A stretch of DNA of 64,000 nt from Botryllus schlosseri (Eukaryota): contig CM119372.1 of the NCBI GenBank assembly GCA_051294905.1, positions 12,154,001-12,218,000 on the forward strand. Direction: 5' to 3'. Positions within the stretch are counted from its first letter, which is position 1. Each line of letters opens with the position of its first letter. Both the position numbers and the translations under genes were made by a program. Positions 1 through 11,400 of this stretch are shown here, one piece after another. The notes below the pieces were generated by a model that was not told the origin of the DNA, did not search any database, and saw nothing but the letters and a program-made list of their open reading frames with translations.

Positions 1-1178
1 AGCGGTATCCTATTGGCAAGTATCTTTGTGTGCTGATGATTGTTACTGGCGTAGCTTCATTCATGTACAAGGGAGACAAAGCCGCAAACTCAGGTGCAGC
101 TGGATTCGGGTTTGGAGAGTTGCTTTTGGTAAGTCTCTAAATCTATAGGTATTTCCTTGCTGATAAACATTCCTATTCTTTTGATGCAGATCATCTCACT
201 AACACTAGATGGGTTGACTGGTGTTACCCAAGAAAATATGCGATCAAAGTATACGACGAACCAGCATCACATGATGTATAATGTTAATCTGTGGTCTACG
301 ATATTTCTATTTGTAGGTCAGTCTCATACTGTTATTTTTCATGCCGTTAAAATGGACTTATCATTCGATGTTTTTCAGCTCTCATTGTGACCGGGCAAGG
401 CCTCGAATGTGCGATATTCATTTATAATCACCCTAAAGTTATCCTCCATCTTCTTTTATTTAGTCTCACATCAGCATTTGGACAGCACTTTATCTTTTTA
501 ACGGTACGTGTTACTATAGTTATTATCGCTGTCTGTTTTCAAAAATAACACGTAGCTTTAGTGCAACTGTTCGTATCAGATACCATTTATTCGACCGTTA
601 GGCCTACATGCATATAAATGAAGGCAGTTTCCAAGTCTCATTGACTACCATGTTGCATAGGCTACATATCAGATCTTCAGATGCTGTTATACCGGTCATG
701 AAAAGACTAGTGAATAAAATCGTCTTATCAAAATACTCTTAAGAAATGAGCGAGATCTTACCGTACTTCAATATCGTCCTTCCTTTTTAGGTTGTGTACT
801 TTGGACCTCTTACTTGTTCCATTATTACTACTACAAGAAAATTTTTTACCATTCTTGGATCTGTTATTATATTTCAAAACCCTATGACCTCGTTACAGTG
901 GCTTGGAGCATTTTTGGTGTTTACAGGTGAGATTAGGTTCAATATTTGATGTATTGTATAATATATATTTGTGATTGTAATTTGGAAGTATGCCAGTCTG
1001 TGCTTATAGTTTCTGTATAATTTATATTGGAGCTAAGAGATGTGGGTCGGTTAATTAACTTTGATGATCTCTACGCATGTGTATGAATGAAATCTCGTTT
1101 TCAGGATTGGGATTGGATGCCAAGTTTGGCAAAGCGGTATCAACACCACAGCGTCTGAAAGTTGAACCAAAGTCCTGA
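1..1178 (+). CDS. SLC35B1: Solute carrier family 35 member B1 (ER nucleotide-sugar/ATP-ADP transporter), 3' part. Exons <1-128, 190-316, 379-503, 791-926, 1105-1178.
   Basis: GT-AG exons stitch in frame to ...[22 protein letters not shown]...[16 protein letters not shown]...[10 protein letters not shown]...[39 protein letters not shown]...[20 protein letters not shown], matching the recalled SLC35B1 C-terminus. Stop TGA at 1176-1178. Confidence 0.93.
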
Positions 1179-1586
1179 AGATGTTGTACCCTGTTGCGCG
1201 TTGTCCGTTGTGGTGTCTGCATTGTTCAAAATATTTGCGACACGGCTTCTCATTAACACCGCATGGACTATCCAGTGTCAGAGATTGGCATCACCCAGGA
1301 TGCTAAGCTATGTTTCTCAATATGGCAGTAATTTTCATCCAGCGTATGGTGTGCAAGTGCAATGGTGTGTGCTGTGCAGGACCAGCTTGTCTTCTTCGCT
1401 GGTAGTACTATGTTTTGCAATAGAAAATATATTCATGGCCGGCCAGCAGGTTACAAAATAGGAAATTGTCTCGAGGTTTTGTTACTGTCACTCGGATATG
1501 GAATGATGTATCTGACGACTTATTACTCCTTACTGTAAGGTACTCCACTTTAAATAATAGTTCGGTGACTGATTGACGATCTAACG

Positions 1587-2271
1587 CAGGGCTGGCCAAC
1601 CTTTTCACCCAAAGGGCAGCATTCGATTGGCGAACTGTTTCGCGGGCCACTAGCCAGCGCGAAACTTTTTCGAAGTTCACAGGTCAATAATATTGTCACC
1701 TGACTAAAATTGCGGGCCTGCTGTATATCGCTGGGGTCAGTTTGCAAGGACTGGGTATCGGCGTCTGGACATATCGATACCGAAAGTTTCGACCAACATG
1801 TGTCAATCATTTTTTTGCCTAGGTTTCATAGTCGACGGTCTTTCTGCTAGTGCAAACGCAAAGTCGCATATGTTGAACGACACTCTGTCTCGTAATCGCG
1901 AATATATGCAGTTAGATTCATTCTGATACATTATAGGCGTTCTTTCATTTTCACAAAAGGGCAGCAATATTAAAAGCAAGAAATCGAGTGAGAACATGTT
2001 GCGCGAAGCGTGTAGAAAATATTTACTTTTGATAAATCAATCGCAAATCATTCTGCTTAGTGTAGTGTACGAAGATCTACCAATATATGACTATAGCTCC
2101 GGGATCTGCCAATGCTTCGGAACTGATAATTTAGTCATCACATCTCAAGTGTTGCGGCCTGACTAATCAAATTTTTGGTTGGTCTCACAAGTTCACAATA
2201 TGTGCAATCCATTTTTGAAAATATTAGAAATTTCGGAAATTACCTCGCGGGCCACGGGTTGGCCGGCCCTG
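1587..2271. mobile_element. Non-autonomous hAT-type MITE
   Basis: TIRs CAGGGCTGGCCAACC / GGTTGGCCGGCCCTG. Perfect 8-bp TSD ATCTAACG (1579-1586, 2272-2279). Second copy at 39211-39918. Confidence 0.9.
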
Positions 2272-2814
2272 ATCTAACGTCTCTTAGCAAAGCCAGTTGG
2301 AGACATCAGGCCTAGTATGCGCCAGCGTGCTGTTGCTACATTCGAAGCCATGTCGATCATGAAATGGATGAACCATTTCGGTATCGCCCATATCTGCGTG
2401 TTGGCTTCTGCGCCTACAGGCTCCCGCTGTTGGGTATTGAGACGACAGTCCTCGACAGCTTCCTGTTATAAAGCGATCAATAACGTGATCAATGAACTGG
2501 TTTTGGAAATCGGGATTCGATGTGGACACTGGCGTCTATTTGAAAGGATAGCATATCCCAAGTCCTTTAGTCACCTTTCATTGTACTACTTTCTCGTGGT
2601 GTGGTATGAAATGATGATGCTAAAAAGCGGGAATTTGAATAATTCTGGGAACAACGTCCTAGAACACCACAAAATTGCGATAAAATGAAGAGATGGGATG
2701 GAGTAGACTTTCAATCAATCAACGGTTCTATCATGTTCATCCAGTCAAGACATACAATGCACCGAACGGATAGGTGAATGTCGAACGATGAAGTGCAGTC
2801 GCTTAATCAAACGT

Positions 2815-3153
2815 TAGGGTTACCATATTTTTAAATCGGGAAAGCAGGACACTTTCAAATTTTCAAACTCGGAATTCTGGAGTAAAATCCGGAAAAAATG
2901 TAAAAATTTTGTCGACTGGCAAATAGGTCAACTTTCCCACTCCACTCCAGAAATACAGTTTTTCTTTCACACTTTAGGTTGGTTGACTAAAAAAAGGTAA
3001 TTTTCGTTCGAACCACGAATTTCCTATTTATAGCGTCATTTATGCACATTTCACTTGAATCCATCTACTATCTTATTTAGGCGTCCTCGGAGGACATTTT
3101 CAAAAACCTGAAAAAGTAGGACAAATCCTAAAGGTGGACGTATGGTAACCCTA
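2815..3153. mobile_element. hAT MITE with Blackjack-like termini
   Basis: TIR TAGGGTTACCATA / TATGGTAACCCTA. Degenerate 8-bp TSD TCAAACGT / CCAAACAT. Confidence 0.8.
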
Positions 3154-3467
3154 CCAAACATCCACCCTGGCCTAATACCCGACGGAGCCGTGTTCGATCT
3201 TGATGTCTAGGCTTCCTTTAATCCAGCCATTCACATTTCACAATCTTTTACGTCTCGTGGAACCAACCCTTCTGCGGATATTTGAAACAGTTGCCGAGTC
3301 ACTAGTAGTTTAGCAGTTCGATGTATGTTTGTAAGCCGCACGACGTTCCGTTGAAGGTATCTCAAATATTCGTCACTCGATGAAAAGTTTGTGGCGACTT
3401 ATCAACTTCAATCATCTTGCAAAACGTGTGACTCGAGTCATCCCAAATATCAAGAGTGCTATATGTA

Positions 3468-3832
3468 TAGGCTTACCATACGTCCCGCTTTAGGCGGGAC
3501 AGTCCCGCTTTTTGACGTCTTGTCCCGGCGTCCCGACCAGTCAGCCAAACGTCCCGCTTTTTAAGGCCGGCGGGTATTTCGGAGTGAAAAACGGTTATTT
3601 GAGCTCTGAGCGGAAAGATGACCTTTTTTTTTTTTTTTTTTTTTAGTCAACCACCTAGCAATGCGGAGAGGAAAAGGGTAATTTTTTGAGCTCTGAGCGG
3701 AGAGAAGACCTTTTTTTTTAGTCAACCGATCAGAAAGTGGGATAAATTCACCGGTTTTTGAGAATCCTTCTCCGGTTTTGCAAGCCTAGGAAAAGTGTCC
3801 CCCTTTTAGATTTCCAAAATATGGTAAGCCTA
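3468..3832. mobile_element. hAT MITE with Blackjack-like termini
   Basis: TIR TAGGCTTACCATA / TATGGTAAGCCTA, subterminal GTCCCG repeats, flanking GCTATATG on both sides (the left copy followed by an extra TA). Confidence 0.8.
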
Positions 3833-5289
3833 GCTATATGTCCTCTTTCATCAATAAAAATTAACTGTCCTCTCCCGCAATACGACTATTCTGTTTGAAT
3901 TGCTGTTTTTTAAAGCAATGTCTGTTGCAATGATATGTATATATCATTGGTTATTGTAACTTTTTGCCTGTAGCCGCACTAAACTTGACGCCAAGTATAA
4001 AGTGTCCTCTCTTGGGATTCTGAAAATGTAGTAGGCCTGAAATATATCTTGGTAATTCAAGAGTACTAGGAATCAATGTTATATATACCATTGCAAAGAA
4101 AAAAGCTTTTGGATTTGGAAAGGATTTGGATTTCAGAATAACGAAATCCACTACTTGTACACAGGGGGGCCTGCGCGGCGCCGTAGGGACTGGGTGTCAG
4201 CGACGACCGACGAGCGTTTACAAGCCTCAGGATTGCAGGGATAGTGTAGTAACTGTAGTGACGACTGACGACTGCTGACTGGACAGTGGGCACTGTGTCC
4301 GTCGCGCTGAGCGTGTAAAGCCAACCGGGACAATGGTCTGGTTATGGTTTTAGTCGACATTCACCACAGATTACCGTATAATATGCACCAGTTCATGGAG
4401 CACGGCACAGTTAGCATCCAACATGTATCTTTCAAATTCATTTGAGAAATACGATTGATTGTAATTTGGTATAGGTAGTAGTCCATGCCAAAGTTGAGAG
4501 TCATACCGATTTTATGGCAGGGGTTCTTAAAGTATAATTCACGAAAGGTACAAGTATATAACCCAGGTTGGAATCCCGGTACGCTTAGCGCAATATCTTT
4601 GGTGTGCCAAGACGGTTCTCGGCGTCACACCTGTGTGCAGTCAGTAGAATATTTGGTGTGCACGAGACGCCGATTCCATATTGGTATATAACATGTATAT
4701 AATAGTATATATAACTTGCTTACCTTGTCCATATCCAAGGTCACGGGTTTGGCCTGTTCAAGACCGTAACTGGCGGTATTTGCCAGTTAAGCAATACTAA
4801 TTTGAAATCGTCTGCGTCTTTTAGTTTGGTAGGTTTCGGCAATTTCGATATATTTTGACATAGCAGACAGAAGGTCATGAAATAACATGTAATGAAGTCA
4901 TTATACCAATGGGTCTGCCCGAAGCTGTTTCATTATCATTTACTTCCCTTACATTTTCTAAGACACCTCACTCCGCTCTACCGGTAGATTGGATTGCATG
5001 AGCAGAGAGAAGATTAAAAATTGATAGCAATTCATATATGTGCAATACCCGATTATACTGACCGATTCAATCAGGAATTATAGAAAAGTTGGGTTTATCA
5101 CCCTATGGGAGGCCCAAGACCAACGATTTGGGGGGCCTGACGAAGTTCTGTTTCGGTCCTGGGCCTGTACTGTTGAGTCTAGTACTATAGGCAATCGTTA
5201 CTACTATAGGCTATGGCTAATAGGCTAATATGTCATGAAATAGTGTCAACCTAGATGTATAACACAAATTGGTTTGATTCATCTCACGA

Positions 5290-7170
5290 TTTATCCAACA
5301 TTCGTTTCTCTGGATAACACCGTCGGAGACCTTTGGGATGCTTTAGTGTAGAGTAGGGGTGTGCCGATGAGAGACTATGAGACATGGATATTTGAAGACC
5401 AACCCCTTTCGCGCTGTAGCACATAAATACATGAAGTTTCGGGCTACATACGGCTGCACCGCTGCAGTACGGTGTCAAAAAGATCGGCGGTGATAGAATC
5501 TTGTGCAAAAAGGACTGTATCGATATAGTTGTCACAACCTTGGATATTGATATGTCCGGTTGTCTAAATCAGTGGTTCTCAACCTTTTTCACCTCGCGGA
5601 CCGGTAAAATTTCAAAAAAGGTCTGGCGGACCGGTGAACTTTCAAAATTGAAATGAAGCCAAAATGTGAAGTATGCAACCGTTTTCTGCAATTATATGGT
5701 GCTAGTGAGTGACATTTAGAGGATTTTGATCGTAATTAATTATATCTGTATCTGTATGATCGCATCCATGTGATTTTATGGTAGTGAGTCTTCCGAGTCG
5801 AGGTAAAATTGCCTTGCCCAGATAAACGTGCTACCGCCGAGAGTCGTTTACAGTCTTTCGTGCCGAAGGCGCCAATTCGAATAATATATTTATCTCTTTG
5901 ATAATATCGAGAGAAGCGTTTCGAAGTCGAACCAAGCACCCTGTCGTGCTACAGCTTGCTCGTTGCCCACTGACTCCGTACGCAGGCTACTCTGGCAACT
6001 ACGAATACAATGCGTGTCGCAGAAAAACACCATACAGCAGCTATACCAGCCATCCGCAAATCCGGGCCGAAAGAGCACTTCGTCAGCCCACCCCCACAAA
6101 CGTTGGCCTTGGGCCCCCACCGGGCGATAAGCCAAACTTCTGGTGACTTCGCCCCTGACCCCACAGTTGGGTGGATGTTTTCACAAGTACTTGCGATCAC
6201 ATTCATTCTACTCATTGTAAGCAGAGAGTTCATGTCACTTGAACGCGCCATTGGACAAAATTTTCGATCATTCATGACTGAATCGGTTTTCTCGCTACCG
6301 AATTTATGGAACACCTTTCGGAGTCCTATGTTAGCTTAATCTTCAATATGTGTTGGTACGCCGTGGCGCGGTAATGGCTGACGTCAAAATGCCTATTTCT
6401 AGAAATTATGCGTATTTCTCGGAGAAGGGCACCTAATTAGCAAGACATTTGGTGACATTCGCAAAATAATTTTGTAACTTTTTCAAGCTCGGCCCCACTC
6501 CAATTGGGCGGTTTCGGGTGCCCCAGTCACACTCCGGCACAAAATGAACTAATCGAAAACGAATTGCACTGTTTAGCGATGATGCAGCTCGTATCTGTAC
6601 TTGTCGCTCGCATGTCGCCAAATGACACGTCTTGAACTTTAAGTCACAACGAACATGTTTCCAGCCCTAATGTTACCTCGCGAAGTTCTGAATCAGTTTA
6701 AAATTGGATGTTTTATTTATTTTATCAATGGACAAGCCTTCAACCTTGCATCTGGAAATTAGGGCATAGAATTGTGATATACCTGGCGGACCGGTGGGAA
6801 TGTCGTCGCGGACCGGCACCGGTCCGCGGACCGGCGGTTGAGAACCACTGGTCTAAATGGTCGACACCGGCGCAGGTCAATCCTTGCAATCTGGGTAGAC
6901 CATAGTGCAAATTCAGTATAAATGCTACCCGTAGAGGAAAATAATGCACCCCAATTTGAAATCGAGTGCGACAGACATGCTTCATATAGCTACGTTGCGT
7001 ACAAATGTTGTTTGTGCATTCTCTATATTATACATGCCCGTAAAAATGTAGCATGTAGTGTTGGGTAGGCCCTACTATATTAAAAATGCATTATTTTTTG
7101 ATGTGCGGGGCTTGTGTCACGAGATGCTGCTAAACTCAGATTTGGGCCGCAGCCCGTTTAAGAACCATTG
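5290..7170. repeat. Older interspersed repeat, interrupted by a younger hAT element
   Basis: 5300-5560 and 6880-7150 align by eye with 35490-35780 and 36193-36430 (e.g. GTAGGGGTGTGC, CCAACCCCTTTC, TTGAAATCG.GTGCG.CAGACATG, TACATGCCCGTAAAA). Boundaries approximate. Confidence 0.65.
5570..6850. mobile_element. Non-autonomous hAT (Charlie-like) element
   Basis: TIR CAGTGGTTCTCAACC / GGTTGAGAACCACTG. Perfect 8-bp TSD GTCTAAAT (5562-5569, 6851-6858). Subterminal GCGGACCGG repeats. Confidence 0.92.
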
Positions 7171-7533
7171 TTCTATGACCTTCCAAATGAAGTTGACTAC
7201 TGCCAAACTCTAGAAATCCACTGATGTCATGAAGGAAATTATTTTGTAGATTCTGCTATGGAAAATATTCAAGCTGATGAAATCTGCTCCAAGATGTTTT
7301 ATCCTGGACCAAATTTCTAAAATTATGACCATGTCTGGGCTAGTCCATATTGCTACTGACCATTGATAGGCCGAGATTGCGGAGTTGAGTACTTGTGAAT
7401 ACTTCAGAAGTGCTATCGTAATGATAGTAACATTTTTGATGTAATACTGTGACTAGTTTAATAAATGAATCTATGTAGCCTCAATGTAAGCCAAACAATT
7501 TGGCAATTTGATCATATATATGTCACACGACCA

Positions 7534-7957
7534 CAGGGTTGTAATGACTCGACTTGAGTCATTTTCGCAAAATTCAGAAATCAATCTGTGTATTGACTCG
7601 AGACTGAGACGGCGAAGACCGACATTTCAGTGCAATTTCAAAGAATAGTAAAGTTACCACACTATTGGGATTTCGCCTATTGGCACTGCTGTTTGAAAAT
7701 GTGACCAGAAACTGCTAAAAGTGAGAAAAATGGTATATCTTGAATGTGAACCATTCGATATCACCAAATAGAGTTATAAAAAGGGGGTTAACAAGACTTT
7801 GACTGGAACCTGAGCAGTCAACACAATCCCTTGGACTCGAACCTCTGATCGCTGACTTGGACTTGGACTTGACTCGGTGGTGAATTGAAAATGACTCCAC
7901 TTGACTCGAGTCTAAATTATAAAAGTGAGATTGACTTGTGACTCGGTTACAACCCTG
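7534..7957. mobile_element. hAT MITE of the GACTCG-repeat family
   Basis: TIR CAGGGTTGTAA / TTACAACCCTG. TSD CACGACCA / CATGATCA. Same family as 29800, 31194 and 57881. Confidence 0.85.
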
Positions 7958-8429
7958 CATGATCATACCTCGGATTTTTTCAAAGTGGGCCTATGCGAAT
8001 GATACTTCCATATATATTATTTAAACATGACTATTATTAGGGTCGAGGTCACTGTTCCCTTTAAGCTGCGCCCTCAAAGTTGAAAATCAGCTTTGTTATG
8101 AAAAATCGCAGCACATCAATACAAGGGATATCGACACCGCGTACACCGTACAGGCGTACTTCTGGGTTCGTCACTTATATTAATTATTAGGCAAGTAGGC
8201 TGCATTCTGTCCTTCTGTGTGGAAGATTCTTGCCAGCCCAGCCTTTATACTTGTGTAATGTGTATTCATCATGTCTATTATGATATCAAGCAGAACATTG
8301 AATAAAAGATTTATAGCTTCAATGGAAAAAATGTTCTGAAAATAACGTTGCTTTTCTTAGAAGCCTTGGGTATAAATATATACATTTATCTCATTTTGTA
8401 GCTCAAATTTTACTTTCATCTCTTCAATC

Positions 8430-11400
8430 ATGACTCAGTCGATTGCTGAATATTTTGCCGGGAAGACAGTTGCTCTTACTGGCGGAACTGGATTTGTTGG
8501 GCAATGTGTTATCGAGAAATTACTCCGATCATGCCCTGATGTACGAAAAATATACGTTCTTGCGCGTTCCAGGAAGGGAGTTTGCCCAGAAGAAAGAGTC
8601 AAAAAGTTTGCATCAGAGGAGGTAAGCCTGTCGAAACGATTTTACATTTCCAGCTATCAATTTCTGAAGAAGGAGATGACTCTGGCACATAATGATAGTA
8701 CTTATCTTACATATCTATAATACCATTTATGATGCATCTGTAGGATAACAGGCTTGCCTGCACTGAAACTCTGGTGATTTTGTAAGCGTATAAAGTATTG
8801 ATGAACACCAATTAGACTCTATGTTCCTACATGCACTGTTCATTTATGATTGCTCAACATCTAGATAAAGTCATACCACTTAATTCTGTTGTAACTGTGA
8901 ACATATCCTGCGATTGTATTGGATGAGTCGCAGTAACTTTTACTGACCCTATTCATAGATTTTTGACAAACTGCGTGAACAGCGGCCTGACTTCCTAAGC
9001 AAACTTCATGTGCTGAGCTGTGATTTGGAAAAAGAAAATTTGGGTCTCAGCGAAGAAGCCATAGATACCTTGGAAAATGAAGTGCAAATTTTTTACCATT
9101 CTGCTGCTACTTTACGTTTCAATGAACATTTAAGGTAATAGATTCGGATTGCCAGTATTGTCATATTCAAGATTATCGATGCTCGTGTTAGAGACTCGTG
9201 TTTTTAGGAAATAGTTCTAGAATTAAACCGTCATTCATTTTATTTTGTTTTAAAATCTGCCATTCCAATTGCCTGATTGAATTTGATTTGATGTCTCCAT
9301 TTCTGTTCTTATCTATATATTTTCGTCCTGAATCTTTTCTCACTCTCTCTATTTTACGTGCATCCAACGAGCAAGCATTGTTGCGAATCTCTCGTAAGCT
9401 TCTCCACATTTATATTAACTAAATCTGTATTTTTTGTTTTGTTTAAATTTTTGGCTGTATTGAGTTTAATACAAGACTGATATGTAACGTTTGTCTAGTC
9501 GAAAAGCAGGTTGGGGCTGAGCCCACAAGATTCGTCATCTTTTCATAAACCTTTGAAGCTAGTCTGTCCCCAGTTTAAGAACCCCTGTCCTGTCGTGAAC
9601 GGTTTCATTAATATTACATTTCTAACTAAGGTATGGCTTGATATAGATTCCGTGTCATTGCCATTAACTAACTTTGTATCCTATGTTCCAGGTCCAAGTG
9701 CATTTCTGGTTCTATTGTGTTACTGTTCTCAGAAAACAATAGCTCCATGCACTTTTCTTAACCCAATATATCTTATATATAGAAGCCTTTGTCACATAGT
9801 ACGTTGAGTAAGTCCACTAATGGGACTAATTCCTGATTTCAATGGATATGATATCCAATTCGAAGTGTATTGTGTATAAGAGTGGAAGTGCAGCAGCTAT
9901 ATTGTTGAAATCTTTATCCTCATTATCAGAAATTGTATGTCGTCATATGTTGCGCAACTATACTATTGTTTTTTTAACTTTGAATTTCTCAATGTTTGAT
10001 AAACTCTGTATGCACTGTGCACTTCTGGGTGTTTGTTCTTATCTGTGCCATGATTTGATAAATATTTGAAGTCCAATGATTGAATCATGTCGAGTACTTG
10101 ACTAAGAGAATATCATACTTATTTCTGTTGCTGGTTGAAAGACTAGACTGACTTTCACATTTCAAGATATCTACTGTCACCCAAATTTTGATCTACTGTA
10201 TAAAGGTAGTTTATGTATGTTATAAGCTTGGAGTCGAAGTTACATGTGATAAAATATCGCCTGTTGGTACTGTCAGGTTCCCTATGATCAAATATTTGTT
10301 CATAAAATCAATAAGCCTATTTCTAATTATTGCTGAATAATAGTGTCTTTGTGCCACTGCAACTATCATAATTCAACGCACTACTGTATAGGCAAAATTA
10401 AATGTGCTTCAATAGTCTCAATGTGATCAAACCTTAATGCATAATTTGTTCAGGTCTTAGCCCTGAGGACCTGTTACTGAATTGCATAACACTTGAATTG
10501 TCAATTACAAACATTACAGTAATAATATGCTTCTACCGAATACCTTCATTTAGTACCAAGACCCGTCACTGTGGGACTCCGCCACGCTTATTGTTAGAAA
10601 GTCACCCCCCCTCAAGATTCAAATCAGGATATCGCGGATTTCTCGTTGATCGATATATGATCTAACTCGGTGTTTGTCAAACCCCTAAACCACAAACCAG
10701 GTACCAAAAATTAACCCTGACTAAATGTATTTTGTTTATTACACCCATAAAATAGGTAGGCGCTTTGCTTTTTTATCTTGATCCAATTCATTGGCAGCAC
10801 GATACCCGCTATGTTGTAGTCACAACTCTGTAGAAATTCCAGGACAGACACATTCAAGGAATAAAATCGTGCAAGGGATTTCCCTCCCAAAGTTGAGGTG
10901 CAGTACTTGAAACTTTAAGATCCTCATAGCATACGCATTCATAACTTCCCTATAATAGACATCGCTTTCAAACATACAAAAACATATATGTAGTCAGAAC
11001 CCATTTCTGTACTAAGCTCAATATGGATAAATGTTAAGTTCACCCATCTCTTCGGCTACTAATTGCATATCCAGAGTACTTTCAGAAATTTACGATTACA
11101 ATGAATTTTCAGTGTTCCAGTTCAGTATTCCATTGGAATACTATTCCAAGGCAGTTTTTATGCTCCAATCCTCTTCCATTTTATTCACTGTTTTGCTTTT
11201 CGGCAGGCTGGCATTTGTATTGAACACTCTTGCTGTCAAGCGTCTCCTGAAAATATGCAAGCGTATGAAGCGATTAGAAGTCTTAGTTCATCTATCGACA
11301 GGTAGGAATTGTAATATTGTAAGATTGTATGATCTAAACATGTATATGCTATTGGGAGCTTGAACTTAGTAGATCTATACCATCAATTAGCTTACTCCCA

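Noticed and set aside
1180..4360. Minus-strand gene from exon-like blocks at about 2285-2463, 3180-3272 and 4155-4360
   Set aside because: Splice-like signals exist, but every phase combination I tried hits stops and no protein family is recognisable.
5890..6339. Overlapping ORFs inside the 5570-6850 element
   Set aside because: No transposase or other motif is recognisable; likely chance ORFs in GC-richer transposon interior.
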